Of a DNA stretch of 64,000 nucleotides, positions 23,001-36,057 are shown piece by piece; position 1 is the stretch's first letter; the number at the start of each line of letters is the position of its first letter. The stretch is from Trichoplax adhaerens. Its lineage: Eukaryota > Animalia > Placozoa. Location of the stretch: positions 8,707,070 to 8,771,069 of the forward strand of contig NW_002060943.1 in NCBI RefSeq assembly GCF_000150275.1, in the 5' to 3' direction. The notes beneath the pieces were generated by a model that had not been told where the DNA came from, made no database searches, and saw nothing but the letters and a program-made list of their open reading frames with translations. The translations under genes and the position numbers were made by a program.

Positions 23001-24615
23001 AACTAGGTTAGGCATTTGATTCTAATCTTATTGTATAGAAAATCATGATCTGACACCATAGGTTGCCGTGTCATTCTTCATATTGTATTTTATTTACTGG
23101 TAGCCCTGTTAATGGAAACTTATCGTATGACTTTAGACCTCTTCAGTGACCATGTTAACGCGTAACATTATTACGATGCTATACACAGACAACACAGTGT
23201 ATAGGATTAATATAATTTACTATGTTGCATTAAATTTAATGTTATCACCTAGGCATATTCGTTGATATAATAACAAAGTCGTACCGAGCCAGGCTATTAA
23301 CCTCTACAGGATTTCACTCTATCAAAAAGACATGTGATTCTAATGACGGTATAATTATAATACATCATTAAACGCATTTTACCCACAAGGGTCTTCTATT
23401 CAATAGTAAACACTAAAATGAATGTATTTCTGAAACAGTTGATAGCAAGAGTATCCTTCAAGTTTTGACTGCTGTTCAACACGCAAGATGGTTTGACGAA
23501 ACTGCAAACTATACAAAGTAACAAATTAACAATTATTTTGTTTCTATTTTACACTCACTAATCTGTATTCGGGCTGTCGGTTGCTGATTAAGACCATTCT
23601 CCTTTCGGTTAGCATTCGAATTGCAGTGATTATTTTTAAGGATTTAAGACGCAGAATGCCTCCGTTAGAACAGCTATCAATTTGGATGATCGAATTATTG
23701 GTTTATATGATTTCTAGAGCGCATATCAAAATTGCTTTACGCTTCAATGTCGATAAACAGTAAAAGTATAAAATACCTTTTATCTTATGCTTTGATTTAC
23801 TGTAGGCTCATTACGCTGCATTTGATAAAAATCAACATTTGTTGGAAGTCGGTGCTGTGATACGGTAAGCAATATTAGGCAGGACATTTGTATCCATAAC
23901 ATTCAACTCTAGCAGTGGCATAAATCTTTGTTAACTGTTGTCACATGAAAATTCACTTTGGCTTTATGTTCTTGAAATAGGAGAATGTTTAGATTATTGG
24001 CGTCTGGCATATTTTTACCAGGTTCAGCGAGTATTATGGATCCATGTCAGGTACGTAAATGCGTGAACATGAATTAATTGCCAATATTTGTTACATAACT
24101 TTAATTTCAAACAATAAATGTTAACGTCGATTATTTGTTATATATTTTGTAACGTAGAATAAGAATTCTAGAGTGAACAGTAAAATGTCATTCGAAGACA
24201 TGGACAAAGTGGCATGCTTAGCCCAAACTCTACTTAGGCTCATAAGTCATGGCTACTACCAAAAGCTTTTATCTGAGGTTCATAAACTTAAAACACCCGC
24301 TTAAATATAATTCAATATTAATATGTTAAAAGTTTTGTCGATAAATTTCTGCTGACCGTTTAAATCTTTTCTCAACTTTCAGAATGACGAAGTAATATTA
24401 GGTAAAAATATATAGCAGCCTTTTTATGTGCGATATATTTCTTGAATTAGCTATTAACGTATTCGTAAGTTAAAGAGAGCAATCCAACCATTTTTTATCA
24501 CATTTTGGTAGATTCACCCATAACATTTGGAGATGTAACTATTACTCCCAGTACTGCGGTTTACAGCAACAAAAAGGAAGAACCTGCAAATTCAGAAGGC
24601 CATACTGAAACTTAA
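20059..24615 (+). CDS. ILF2: Interleukin enhancer-binding factor 2 / NF45 (DZF-domain protein), about 17 coding exons
   Basis: ATG AG|gttagt at 20059. Exons translate to PYEIFDF, LILKRNRELSPSAEDQ, RVVGSYKNGTIIKGHNIVDIAVIFK, LTAVQHARWFDETA, IFKDLRRRMP..LSIWMIELLAHYA, LLASGIFLPGSASIMDPC, DMDKVACLAQTLLRLISHGYYQKLL, ITFGDVTITPSTAVY; stop TAA 24613-24615. These match hallmark ILF2 motifs (LLKRNQDL, VGSYKKGT, RHARWF, GLFLPGS, AQTLVRILSHG). Confidence 0.92.
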
Positions 24616-25289
24616 AATTATCAAATAGTGTATAGTGTAATAGTGTATGAAGCATGTTAACACCACCAAATCGAAATAAAATGGGGAACACTGCTATATC
24701 ATGAAACAACGACTAATTCCGATAACGTTTCTTCAGTGTTGAACCGTTATACCGGTCGGACTAAAGAACGTTCTTGGTGATAACTTTATTAAGTTATCTG
24801 AAGCAGAAAATGACCTTACTCATACTTGATGTAACTATTGAAAAACCTTTATTCGATATATTGTATATTATATATGCATAATATTAATTGCATAGCTTAT
24901 AATTTTCTAATTCTTAAACAACAAATACAAATTGCATTTAGATTGCAATTGCAAAAATTAGATGATATTAGACTATTACTGCTGAACCCTTGTCCAGTGT
25001 GTCTAAATGATTTATAAAATTAGTGATGTAATAAGCAAATGAACAGCAAAGATATCGTTAGATCATATTATAAAGCTTTGTCTTAAGAACGCTAACAGGT
25101 GCAAAATACTATTTCGGTTGAAATAAATTCTTATCGCAATTTTGCTATTATTTCTTGCTTTATTGGCGAATGAGGCAATTACAAAAGTGTCTGTATTAAG
25201 GTAGCACTGTCTGTAAATCAAATTGGTTTATTATAGCTGTATTAAATATTCGAGTTTCCTTTGCTTCATTAAATTTCTAGTATGAGGCT

Positions 25290-25462
25290 ATTACAAATTA
25301 ATTTCGCAACAAGGGTCACGTAAAACACATCTCTGAGTTTCTGAAGTTTCTGGAACCCACTATCTATTAACTCTTCACAGGAGCTTAGCTGCCTTCGCTT
25401 GTACGTTACAAGACTAAAAGCTTGATTTTATTCGACAATCTGCCGAGCTTACGCTTAGCTAA
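25290..25462 (+). repeat. Dispersed decayed repeat, copy A (LRR-like when translated)
   Basis: Aligns by eye with 45315-45485, e.g. cgtaaaacacatctctgagtttctgaagtt versus cgtaaaaaaatctccaaatttctaaagtt, and ttgattttattc in both. Confidence 0.6.
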
Positions 25463-27203
25463 ATTTTACCCAATAGCCAATTGATCACCATATAAAAATA
25501 TCACTAAATTTGCGATCTACTCGTATTCTTCACTGTAACAGAGGTAGGTTGCCACATATTGCAGTTGCTGACTTTGCTGGCAATTTAAGATAAGGTATCG
25601 TAAGTTTTATGTTAACGATTGTACCGATTAACATTCTGTTAGATGTACTGTGGTAAAGTTACAAATACGTAACCGATTGGATAGTATTGTTATTGAGCTT
25701 GAGAACGTTTCAGTAATCACTATAATCATTACTTACAATTCAAGAAGTAATGTAATACACGATTTCATGAATAGGCCCACCGTATTCTCATTGAAGTCAA
25801 ACTTCAGTGACATAAAATTATATTGAAAAGTTTGCTTTATTACCAATTTATGGACTCAAGGATGATAATTGAATAACTAGAAAAATTCGTATGATAGTCC
25901 AAGCTGATACTATGAGTGAATCAATTTTAGTTAAGTATTTATGTGGATTAAACTCTAATTATCACATGATTATTTTAAAATTTAGCTACGGCCATTGATA
26001 GAAATTCTAATGTTAACCGTAAAGGTTATGCTGACCATTCTTGTGAACGGGAATCGTAATTAAGATTGACGCGAGAATAGTGATAACATATTTTTCATAT
26101 TTGGGCATGTTCTATTAGGCGTTACAAAAGTCGAACTGAAAGCAAATTTCGGTAAAGCCATATCGGGTAAAGAATCATTATGAGCATTAATTGTTTTGTG
26201 CACATGTGGACAGCGGATGTATTAGTATCCTGAATTTAATAAAATTAAAAGAATTTATAAAATGTCATTTATTATTAGCATCAAAATTCATTTATAGAAA
26301 CACCCGAATGTAAAACTGTCATCATAAATCATCTTTAAAACAGATTTCTACCATTTATCATATTTTGAATGACATTAATTCCTTTGTTAATTACGGTGTT
26401 CGATTCCATATAACTAAAATATTTGATAGATTATAGGAAAGCAGATGAAATATTGATGACTTGGCTTATTGTATTATCCGCCTACAGCCGTCTCATTGTG
26501 ATAAATAGAAGCATAATATCCTGTATTTGTTTTTATAATTTGTAATTTAAGGCCTTTATTTTAATCAATGAGGAATCTAATTGACGACTTCAGACACATA
26601 GAATGTTATCATTCAATATAAACTCAAATATATTGGAAGCAATGATATTCACGCAATAATTATATAACAATAAGGCATAACGTTGTACCCGGACATTTTC
26701 TATCGAAATAATGTGCAGCTTTCGTAATTTTTAATTGCATTTAGCTTAAGAATAAGACGATGACGCATTTAACATATTGTAATTTATGAAAATTAAAACT
26801 CTATTCAAGGTGCAATATGTTTTGCAAGAAAGAGCTACTATCAACGATATCTTTAATAACTAATTTATAATTATCAGTTTAAGTTAAACTATTTGATAGG
26901 ATAATTTTGCAGTCATAGTTTCAATTGCAGTAGTGCTTGCATTATATTTACTAATATTTTGCATACAAGTATATGTGTGCAATATTGTTTCATTAAATAA
27001 GGATTAATTCTTAACGTAATTGCTTCTTATCAAAAATCGCTATACAGGTTGAAAATTTCTTTACCGAATATAGCAATTTTACAGGATCGAGCAACGCTAC
27101 ATTTCCGGATATAATTTTAAATTTAACAGTTTGCAGCTTTCATTTAATCAAGTTGAATCTCTTCCATCATTCGTCTGAATCTTTACTTATATCACCATCA
27201 TCG

Positions 27204-30200
27204 ATGAAATTGACTGTTCTCCTCACCTACGTTTGCTTACTACTAAGCGAATTTTTTGCTTCAAGTGTTATTATACAAGCTAAGACTACCATCACTATCG
27301 GTATGCTGAGCTCTAGCCTATTCTACTATGCTATTTCAAAGATACAAAAAATTGTTCAGTGAAACGATTATTAAATTGTACCTTAAATGATTTATGTACT
27401 AAGATGCATTTTACAATACACAGGCAAAACATAAAAATAGAAAGAACGCTATTATTTTCATTCCGTTTCCGGATTTATAATCATGTATAGCTTGTAGTCA
27501 ATATGTAGCTGATTTTACTTTCATTCTATCTAGACATAAAGTTGATAGCCTAGCAAAATTATGTATTAATTATCATTAATAGGCCGTAAAGTTTGCATAA
27601 TCATACTGTATAATCACAGCACATAATTTCTCCTTCATTTAGTTTGCTTCTTATAAAATGGAACTTAATCGCCTTATGTCTTAATAATATTAACGAGATA
27701 ACACTTTAAATTCCACAAGTATCTACCATATACGTATTAGTTGTTAAAATATTACCGGAGTTTATCTAGCTGCATATAGTAAACGATTTAATATCTAAAA
27801 TATATTTACAAGATTTTTTCAGCCTAGCTATTATTGATATCAATAATTAGGAGCGTTAGTAGAAGATGGAAGACCTGAATTACGCGATTTACTCCAACTT
27901 GCAGTAGATCAAGTCAATCAGGATCAGAAACTTTTGCCCAATGTCGAACTACGGATAAATTACTATAACATCAATACCAGTCAGCCTTACCAAAACCAGC
28001 AGGAAGGTAGTATCATTCCGTGTCAAATTTTGTTCAAGTAAATGTTCATTCAATAGCTGGGCGGTAATGTACCGGTAGTTTGTTATAGTTAGTTCGTCAA
28101 AAATACTTGATGTAAGTCTATATTGCTTTTCTTCAGTTATTACTGTACCATTAAATCTTGGCGTTTATTTTTTTCCTGGATCGGTTACTATTCTAAGATC
28201 TGAGGGAACAGAAACTATAACGTACAATATCACTGCTCCATCCTGATATAAGCTAATTTAATTCGCTATCGAATATGGAAATTTTAACCAATGCCAATTT
28301 ACCTTTGTAGAGTATGATATTTGTTATAGTGAGAACTACAATCATTCATTATGCTCAGCTATTTCTGTATTGATATATTGTACTAAGGTCTATCGAATGA
28401 CTTATCACAATTAATGCTCAAATATGTAAATAATTAAGACAATATTGATGATACTAGTACTAATACCAGCTTATTATATTAAGTTTGTACAGCAATGCGC
28501 GATAGAATCTGGGCTATTATAGGCCCTATGGCATCAACTGATGTTGAAGCCGTCCAAATTACTGCAAGAGCTTTGTCCATTCCGCATATTTCACCAGTAG
28601 CAACTTATATCGGCTTAAGTAACCGACCCAGCTTTCATTATTTGCTACGTAGTTCTCCCTCTGATCATTGGCAAAGCCTCGCCTTAGCAGGTGTTTTCGA
28701 ACATTTCACTTGGCAATATGCTGCCATCATACTCTCTAATACAGATTATGGTAAGTACTGTAGGCTGATAGTTTCAAAGCCTAAACACTTGTGTAAGGTA
28801 AAATTGCATCTAAAATTAGATTACAACAAGATTTTCATAATTGCGATAGAAGATTTGAAAAGGTACTTAATTAAATTTAGTAGCGATTATCAGATTCACA
28901 AAAGATATTATTGTTAAGATAATAAGCTTGTAAATACCCTCTTAGCCCTAATGATCTAGATGAGTGACATTAAAACATTGCAATTTGGTAAATTAGGGGA
29001 CTATAAGTACTATAAGTACTATAAATAATTAATTAAACATGACATTTAGGCTACGTATACAAATACGCTATACAGTAAAGTATGTCTACAAGTATTCAAA
29101 TAATGAAATGATCACTTAAACTCAAAATTATTGATACTGCCATTATCATTATCGCTTAAGATTACGCTTAAAAATTGATTAAACTGTTCTCTTATATAAA
29201 TGATAGTAAAATATATCTAATCAATGTTTATTTATATAACTATCATTAGTAACGATGGCCTAGTATACTGCTTAAATAGCGAGCATATGAACTTAACAAC
29301 ACTAATAATATCAGTACATTATCGCTTAACATCATGCTTAAAGTGGAAAACCTATAGCCCCTTTGAAAATGAAAAAATGAAATATATATGGAAGTTGTTA
29401 TATTGTATATAACATGCATAAATACAATATTATGGTATCTGTGCCTTAGAATAATTCTATCAAACATAATATAGAATAGTAAGATACAATGTCATTACTT
29501 CAATAATTTATATACGAGTAATATTAAGATATTATCCAGATGATAATTAATATATTAAAACTATAGAAAAAGTTTCTCAGATCTATACTTTTAGATTGCA
29601 TCTCTTTTAAATCGCTCGAGTAAAATGCTTTCTAGCAGTTTTAGGTGTTAGTGCTCTACACCTATCATTGTACTCGTCTAAGTATACTACACTATCTATC
29701 TCTCTAGCAACTCATAAGCTTACCCATTTATTTATCCAGCTAACCATCTATCTACCTACATTACCAATTAAAACTATAGAAAGTATTGTATTAAAGGTTC
29801 AATTTTTTATTTCAGGTATTAATTCAATAAGTACCTTTCAGTCTATTGCTGCTGTAAAAAGCTGGAAAATTTTGGCTACGGAAAGAATTAATATGGAAGA
29901 CATTTCCAATTCTCAAAAAATAGACAATCAGTTAAAAAGGATTAAGGCTTCAGGTTAGAATAGGCCAAATGCGATGTCGCAATGAGCCAGTTTTATTTCA
30001 ACTTTCCGCATTAAAATCGTATACGTGTATAGATAAAAAGTAAATATATCTCAATTTCAGTACAATTAAAGCTTGTTTCAGTAACTATAATTCTAAATAA
30101 TATTTATATGTAAATGATTAATCATTGGTGATATATAGGACGAAATAACCTATTAAAAATGATATTAAATATTAAGTCTGCTTTAAATATGTAGTAGTAG

Positions 30201-33200
30201 TAATTTAGTTAGGGAACAGATTAACTAATCACTTAAGTAAACGATTTCTTTATATGCTACAGTATTACTATTGCCAATTTTTTTTAAAGAATAGCATCAA
30301 TGGGAAAATAGTACTTAAATGAATAGCGCTAATTTCGATGTCAAAACTATAATGATCATCATACATGATAACTATTTAATAATCCTTTTCTATTGTGAAT
30401 GCAGGAGCAAGGGTTATTGTTTTAAGTTGTTCACCACCGGAAGCAAAAGTTATCATAACTCGAGCTCACTACATCGGACTACTACCGAATAAATATCAAT
30501 GGATCTTATTTAATGACGTCTTTGCTAGTGTAATTATTTGTGTTTAATCCATATAAAGAGATACAGTTTGATTACTTAGATGCAATCAAATCATTACCAA
30601 GTCATTACCACTCCCTCTGACTTACATCTAATTTGTTACATGATCTATACCTTTATTATAATAATTTTGTCTGCCTTAATCGACAAGTAATACGCCATTT
30701 TTATAAATCATAATTTTGGCAATGTTCTAGCTGAGTAATTTATTGCGCTAATAGTAAAATATTATTTTTATACAGGGAACAATTGGTAACAATCCACCAA
30801 AATACTTAGATGGAGTTTTAGGAATAAGTAATTCCCATAATCAAGGTCCATTATATTATCCGGTCGTAACAGCTTGGAAAAATAAATATAATAAGGAATT
30901 GCAGGTTATTATCATAATATTTATTAGAAATTTGATTTAATTTTAAATTGAACTCTAGTCTAGTACCGACGCAATAAGAACATTTTCATCTTCTTATTTA
31001 TCTTTCCTTCTTGCCATGGTTTTAAATGATATTTTTAACGTCATATTGATCTTTTGCTGTTTAACTATGTTAAGCCTTCCAATTTGATATAATTAAAAAA
31101 ATGGTACTATAACTACCTTTACTTTGCTATACGCCTTTGCAAATCATTCTAGCCGGGATTTCTCAGGTATTACGATGCTGTCATGGCTATCGTTTATGGC
31201 ATTGATAATATAACAGATCAATTGGACAGTATCCAACCAACAAATACAGCGTGTAGTCCAATCACTCCTTGGAGAAACGGGAAGATTGTTATGAACAGTA
31301 TAGCAAAGGTGATTAAACGTATATTTTGAATATATATATAGCCATTAACTTAAAAAAGTAGATTTAAATCCTTCCCTCAATTAATTGCTTAAAGATGAAC
31401 ATATAAAAAATTGTTATGGTACATATTTATGAATATCATACCAGTATTTTTACTAATTAGAAATTAAACACCCCCATTTTAGGCTACAGGTCCAGGAGTT
31501 GTAAGCAGAATTCAATTTAATGAAGATTTTGGGCCTTTAAATCCCGTCTATCAGATTGTCAATCTTGTTAATCAAACATGGAGAACGGTAAGGCTAAAAG
31601 AATTGATTAAGCTTGAAATGCGACATAGATTCTGACGTATATGTCTACGACAGACTATTATGGCTTTATACTGATGAAATTTTCCTTAATGTAGTAAACG
31701 ATATTAATTATTTAATATAATATGACTGACTGCATACTTATGTTACCAAGATAAATCAATATATGCGAGACTGCAGTATGTGAATAGACAGTATTAGTAA
31801 AAAAGACTTGTTCAAATTGATATTAGAATAGACTTCTCTATCGCTGACGTAAATTGATAAACGGTCAAGATCTAAGTGCAATCATGAATAATGCTGGAGT
31901 AGAATTAAGACCTTCACATATTTTTCTGCAATTTACAAATATTTACTCATGTACAGCTTCCTTGCTCTTCGAATTATCTATTAAATCAAACAGGTAGGAT
32001 ACTGGTCCCAAAACAATGGCAGTGTAATAGATCAAGACAGTATTAAATTTATGGGCAATGTCCCTAGTCCTACTCTTTTTAAAACAGGTTTAGAAGGCAA
32101 ACACATGAAGATTACTACTAAAATTGTAAGTTTAAATATATTGCTATCAGCATATATTTTATTGGGTATCCCCATCAAGTTTAAATATGGTATACTTTAA
32201 CATATCTTCTATACATAAATAGCTTTATTTCATTTAAAACACGCAAACATAAGTTTAAGACATCTTAGTCAATAATTAATCAGTCCAACAAAAACATTAG
32301 AACTTGATTTCTATCCGGATAATATTTCATGTGCCATCTTCTCTTTTAACACGTAATATAGGAATCACCTTTCGTAAACTGGAAGATGTCAGCAGATAAT
32401 TTAGAAGGAAATTCAAGATTTGAGGGTTTCATTGTTGATTTATTAAACGAATTAAGTAAATCATTGAAATTTCAGTTCACTTTAGAAGTCGTCAAAGATA
32501 ATAGCTATGGTGGGTTTAGTCTTATTTCTCAAGAATGGAACGGAATGGTAAAGGATATAATTGACGAGGTTAGAAAACATGTCTTAACGTTATAAGATAG
32601 TGATAGTTCAAATTATGCTAGGAATTTAATTTAACTCTACAAATAAATTACTGTATCACATGTTACGTGCTCACCTTTTAATGCAAAAACTGTCTAGTAA
32701 TAGCTGCTTTTATTGTCGTAATTTATCTGTATCTATTTATAAATCCGACGGCGATTGAAATTGTAGAAGGCCGACATTGCTGCAGGGGCATTTTCTATCA
32801 CAGTTAAACGATCTGAAGTTATTGATTTTACAATTCCTTTCATGGATCAAGGAGTAACTATTTTAATGACCAAACCAAAGACTCCTCCAGTATCCATTTT
32901 TAGATGCTTTGCACCATTCAATCTTTCCTTATGGATTGTTATTGGAGTATTTTTAATCGTTATAGCGATCTTATTTTTTGTAGTCGGTATTCTTAGCCCC
33001 TATGACTCATTCATTGACGCGGTTCAACACTTACCAATTTGCAAACGCTTAAAAGCTGAAGGAAAAAATAATGATCTGAAAAATGCACAGCAAAAATGGA
33101 AAGATGATTATGGAGAGGTTGTTGCATCCATGAATTTGGGCAATTCATTATGGAATTCTGTGTCGACTTTTCTACAACAAGGACATGATAGGCCTCCTAC

Positions 33201-36057
33201 TGCTATATCAGGAAGAATTATGCTAGGTTCTGCATGGCTTGCTTCATGTATTATAATTGCTACCTATACTGCAAATTTGGCAGCCTTCTTGACCGTTGAA
33301 AATTTAAATTCTGGTAACAATTTCTAATTGCAGTTCTTATAGCTTCTTATTTAAAAATAAATTTGATAACTAAGTATCGAATAATTTTGCTTTGATGCAG
33401 CAATATGGATATTATTCATACTAACTACAATTGATTTATTCACCATTAATCCAATTTTATCATAAAGCAAAACTTGTGTAGGAATACTTTCAAATCATGT
33501 AATGTCAATCTCTATACTGTACTACTAAAGATCAATGATCGTTTGCTTGTCTGCATGTTTGCAATTGAGTATAGTAACAACGGCATATTGTAGTAGAACT
33601 TTTGCAGCATTAGAAAATACAGAATGATAGTTGGGCTTATCACTACGGTATCTAGAACCTTAAATTGCCGTAATGTTTAATGGAAATTATATGGTTAACA
33701 TCACGCTACAATATAATTATGAAAACTCCAATTTAACATACAATTGAAGCTGATGGTAAAGAGAAAAGCCTTCTTACATTAAACTTATCGGTTAACGGTT
33801 ATAATAATGTTATCAATCCTAAATCCCAGTAAATACCATATACTTGCAGTACGCCGATAATAGAGCAAAATATCTTCGACATGTATAAGCAACTATAGCA
33901 TAGTTTCCTCTTACTGAACTAATATATGCTTTATTGTACCTAATTATATGTTGATTTATTTTCATTGACGGTGTACTTTCAATAGAAATTAATTCTTTGC
34001 AACAGCTGGCTTCCCAAAGTAAAGTTAAATATGGAACTGTACAAGGCAGTAGCGTCTATAACTTTTTTGAACGAGCGACAATGGCCCCATACAATGAAAT
34101 GGCACAGCGTCTAATCAATGTTCCAAATACAGAAGCTGGTATTAATAAGACTAAGAATGAAGATTATGCATTTTTATGGGATGCAGCTATAATCGACTAT
34201 TACAAAAACAAATATTGCACGCTGAATACAGTTGGAGGACAATTTCGAAAAGATGGATATGCTTTAGGGTTAAGAAAAGGGTCACCATTTACCCAAGAAA
34301 TCAGTATTGCCATCTTAAAATTACGACAAAGTGGTTATATCGAGCATACTCTTAAAAAATGGTAAGTTAGAAAAGCATTTTTTTTATCCAGAAAGGTACC
34401 ATAGATATTACCTAAAAGGAAACGAATGAATTTACCTTTCTTTTAATAGTTCCGATAATTAAATTTGTTGATCAGCTTAGGTTGTTAAGATATATTAAAT
34501 AAAGTAAGATATATTTAAATAATTTTTCGATACATACAGATGTATAAATATTATGCAAGACATCTATTAATTTTACCTCTCCAGTTACTATTAACCTATT
34601 TTATATAGTATATCTTATAACACCGAAAACGCACGTAGTAATGTTAAATATCGAATTGCGGGATCTAAATATGCATAACGTAGCCATACAGAATTATACT
34701 TTAACAAGTTGATAATGTGCACAAAATTTTTGTTCTTGAGGTACTTGCGTTAAAGTTACATTTAAATCTCAGCATAGACAGGAATTTCAATTCAGTGGGT
34801 GATCCAATACATGAATATTGTGAGATAAAATTAATAAATTGTTATATGCACAAAATACACATAAATTTTGATACTACATAAATAAAATAGGTTACAGCAG
34901 CAATCTCACTTTGCTGATAGCTATTTCATTGGATAAATATTGCATATTGATTTTAACAGCTTCATCAGTTTGGTAATATCTTATTAACGGATTATAGGTA
35001 TCAGAAAGCCGGTCAATGTGCAACCAGTAAGACAACCACCAGCTACAAACAGATCGATATCAATCACTTATATGGTGTATTTGTTTTAACATTATGTGCT
35101 GCAGGTGTTAGTTGCTTAGTTTTGTGTATAGAATGGATTATAACTCTGCAACGAGATGTCGATAAGTCTGATCCTGAGGCAAGTAAAATATGCCGATTAA
35201 AAGTGAAATTAGATACTAATTCTCATTTATATTCTATGTTACATATTTAGTGTTGAGAAAGTACCCGTATGTATATAGTACATTAGTAGAATAAAATTTA
35301 AGTGTGCGATATTAGCTAGTTCTAAAGAGAACCAATGTTGTGTAGTTATTTATACTCATGGCAAGTAGGTAAAGCAGTTCAACTATGATTGATTGACATA
35401 TTAAGAACAATTCTAAATGTGTTTCTATAACACTGTAATTATTTATTAACTTTATTATACAACATTGCTTATACTATGGTAGCGCGAGCAATGTTTGCTA
35501 TGCATCTATATTAATATTTTATACGAGAGTTGCTCGGAAAATAGATTATACATTAAATTTTTTTATTACCGGATTAGTATCGATATACTTCCGCTGATTT
35601 CACAGCATGACATCATAATGCACAAATTTCACTAGTTCTATCTAGGACTATGATTTAAGCTATACTATTTCATACAGTAAATTCTTACACACTCACATTA
35701 AGAGTTAAAGAATGATTACATATTAATATTATGTATTATATACTCATCTAATTTTACCTAACATTTCTATTTCCTTATTTTAGGCATTACTGTACATGTT
35801 AATGCTAATAGATCAGTATACTACAAATTGGATTAAAGTTCTAATTGCACCTTTAAATTTTTATTTCTTTGTACTAGAAACCACAATCAATTTGGCAAGC
35901 AGTAAAAATAAGATTTACTCAATTTAAAACGGCCAATCGACTGGTAAAATCAAAGTTTATTCTTCCTTTGCAGTTTAGTATCTCCAATAACGACTTCAGA
36001 AGACATAGTATGTTACAGATACATGGAGAGAAAATATCATCTCCAATAGCTTGCTGA
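27204..36057 (+). CDS. Ionotropic glutamate receptor-family subunit, copy 1 (14 coding exons; glycine-type ligand-binding domain)
   Basis: Signal peptide MKLTVLLTYVCLLLSEFFASSVIIQA. LIVBP-type N-terminal domain exons (27851-28006, 28484-28750, 29816-29953 and onward). S1 FEGFIVDLL..YGG..WNGMV..ADIAAGAFSITVKR..IDFTIPF; M1; pore loop FLQQG; M3 TYTANLAAF; S2 YGTVQGSSV..YAFLWD..GYALG; M4 YGVFVL; stop TGA 36055-36057. Confidence 0.95.
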
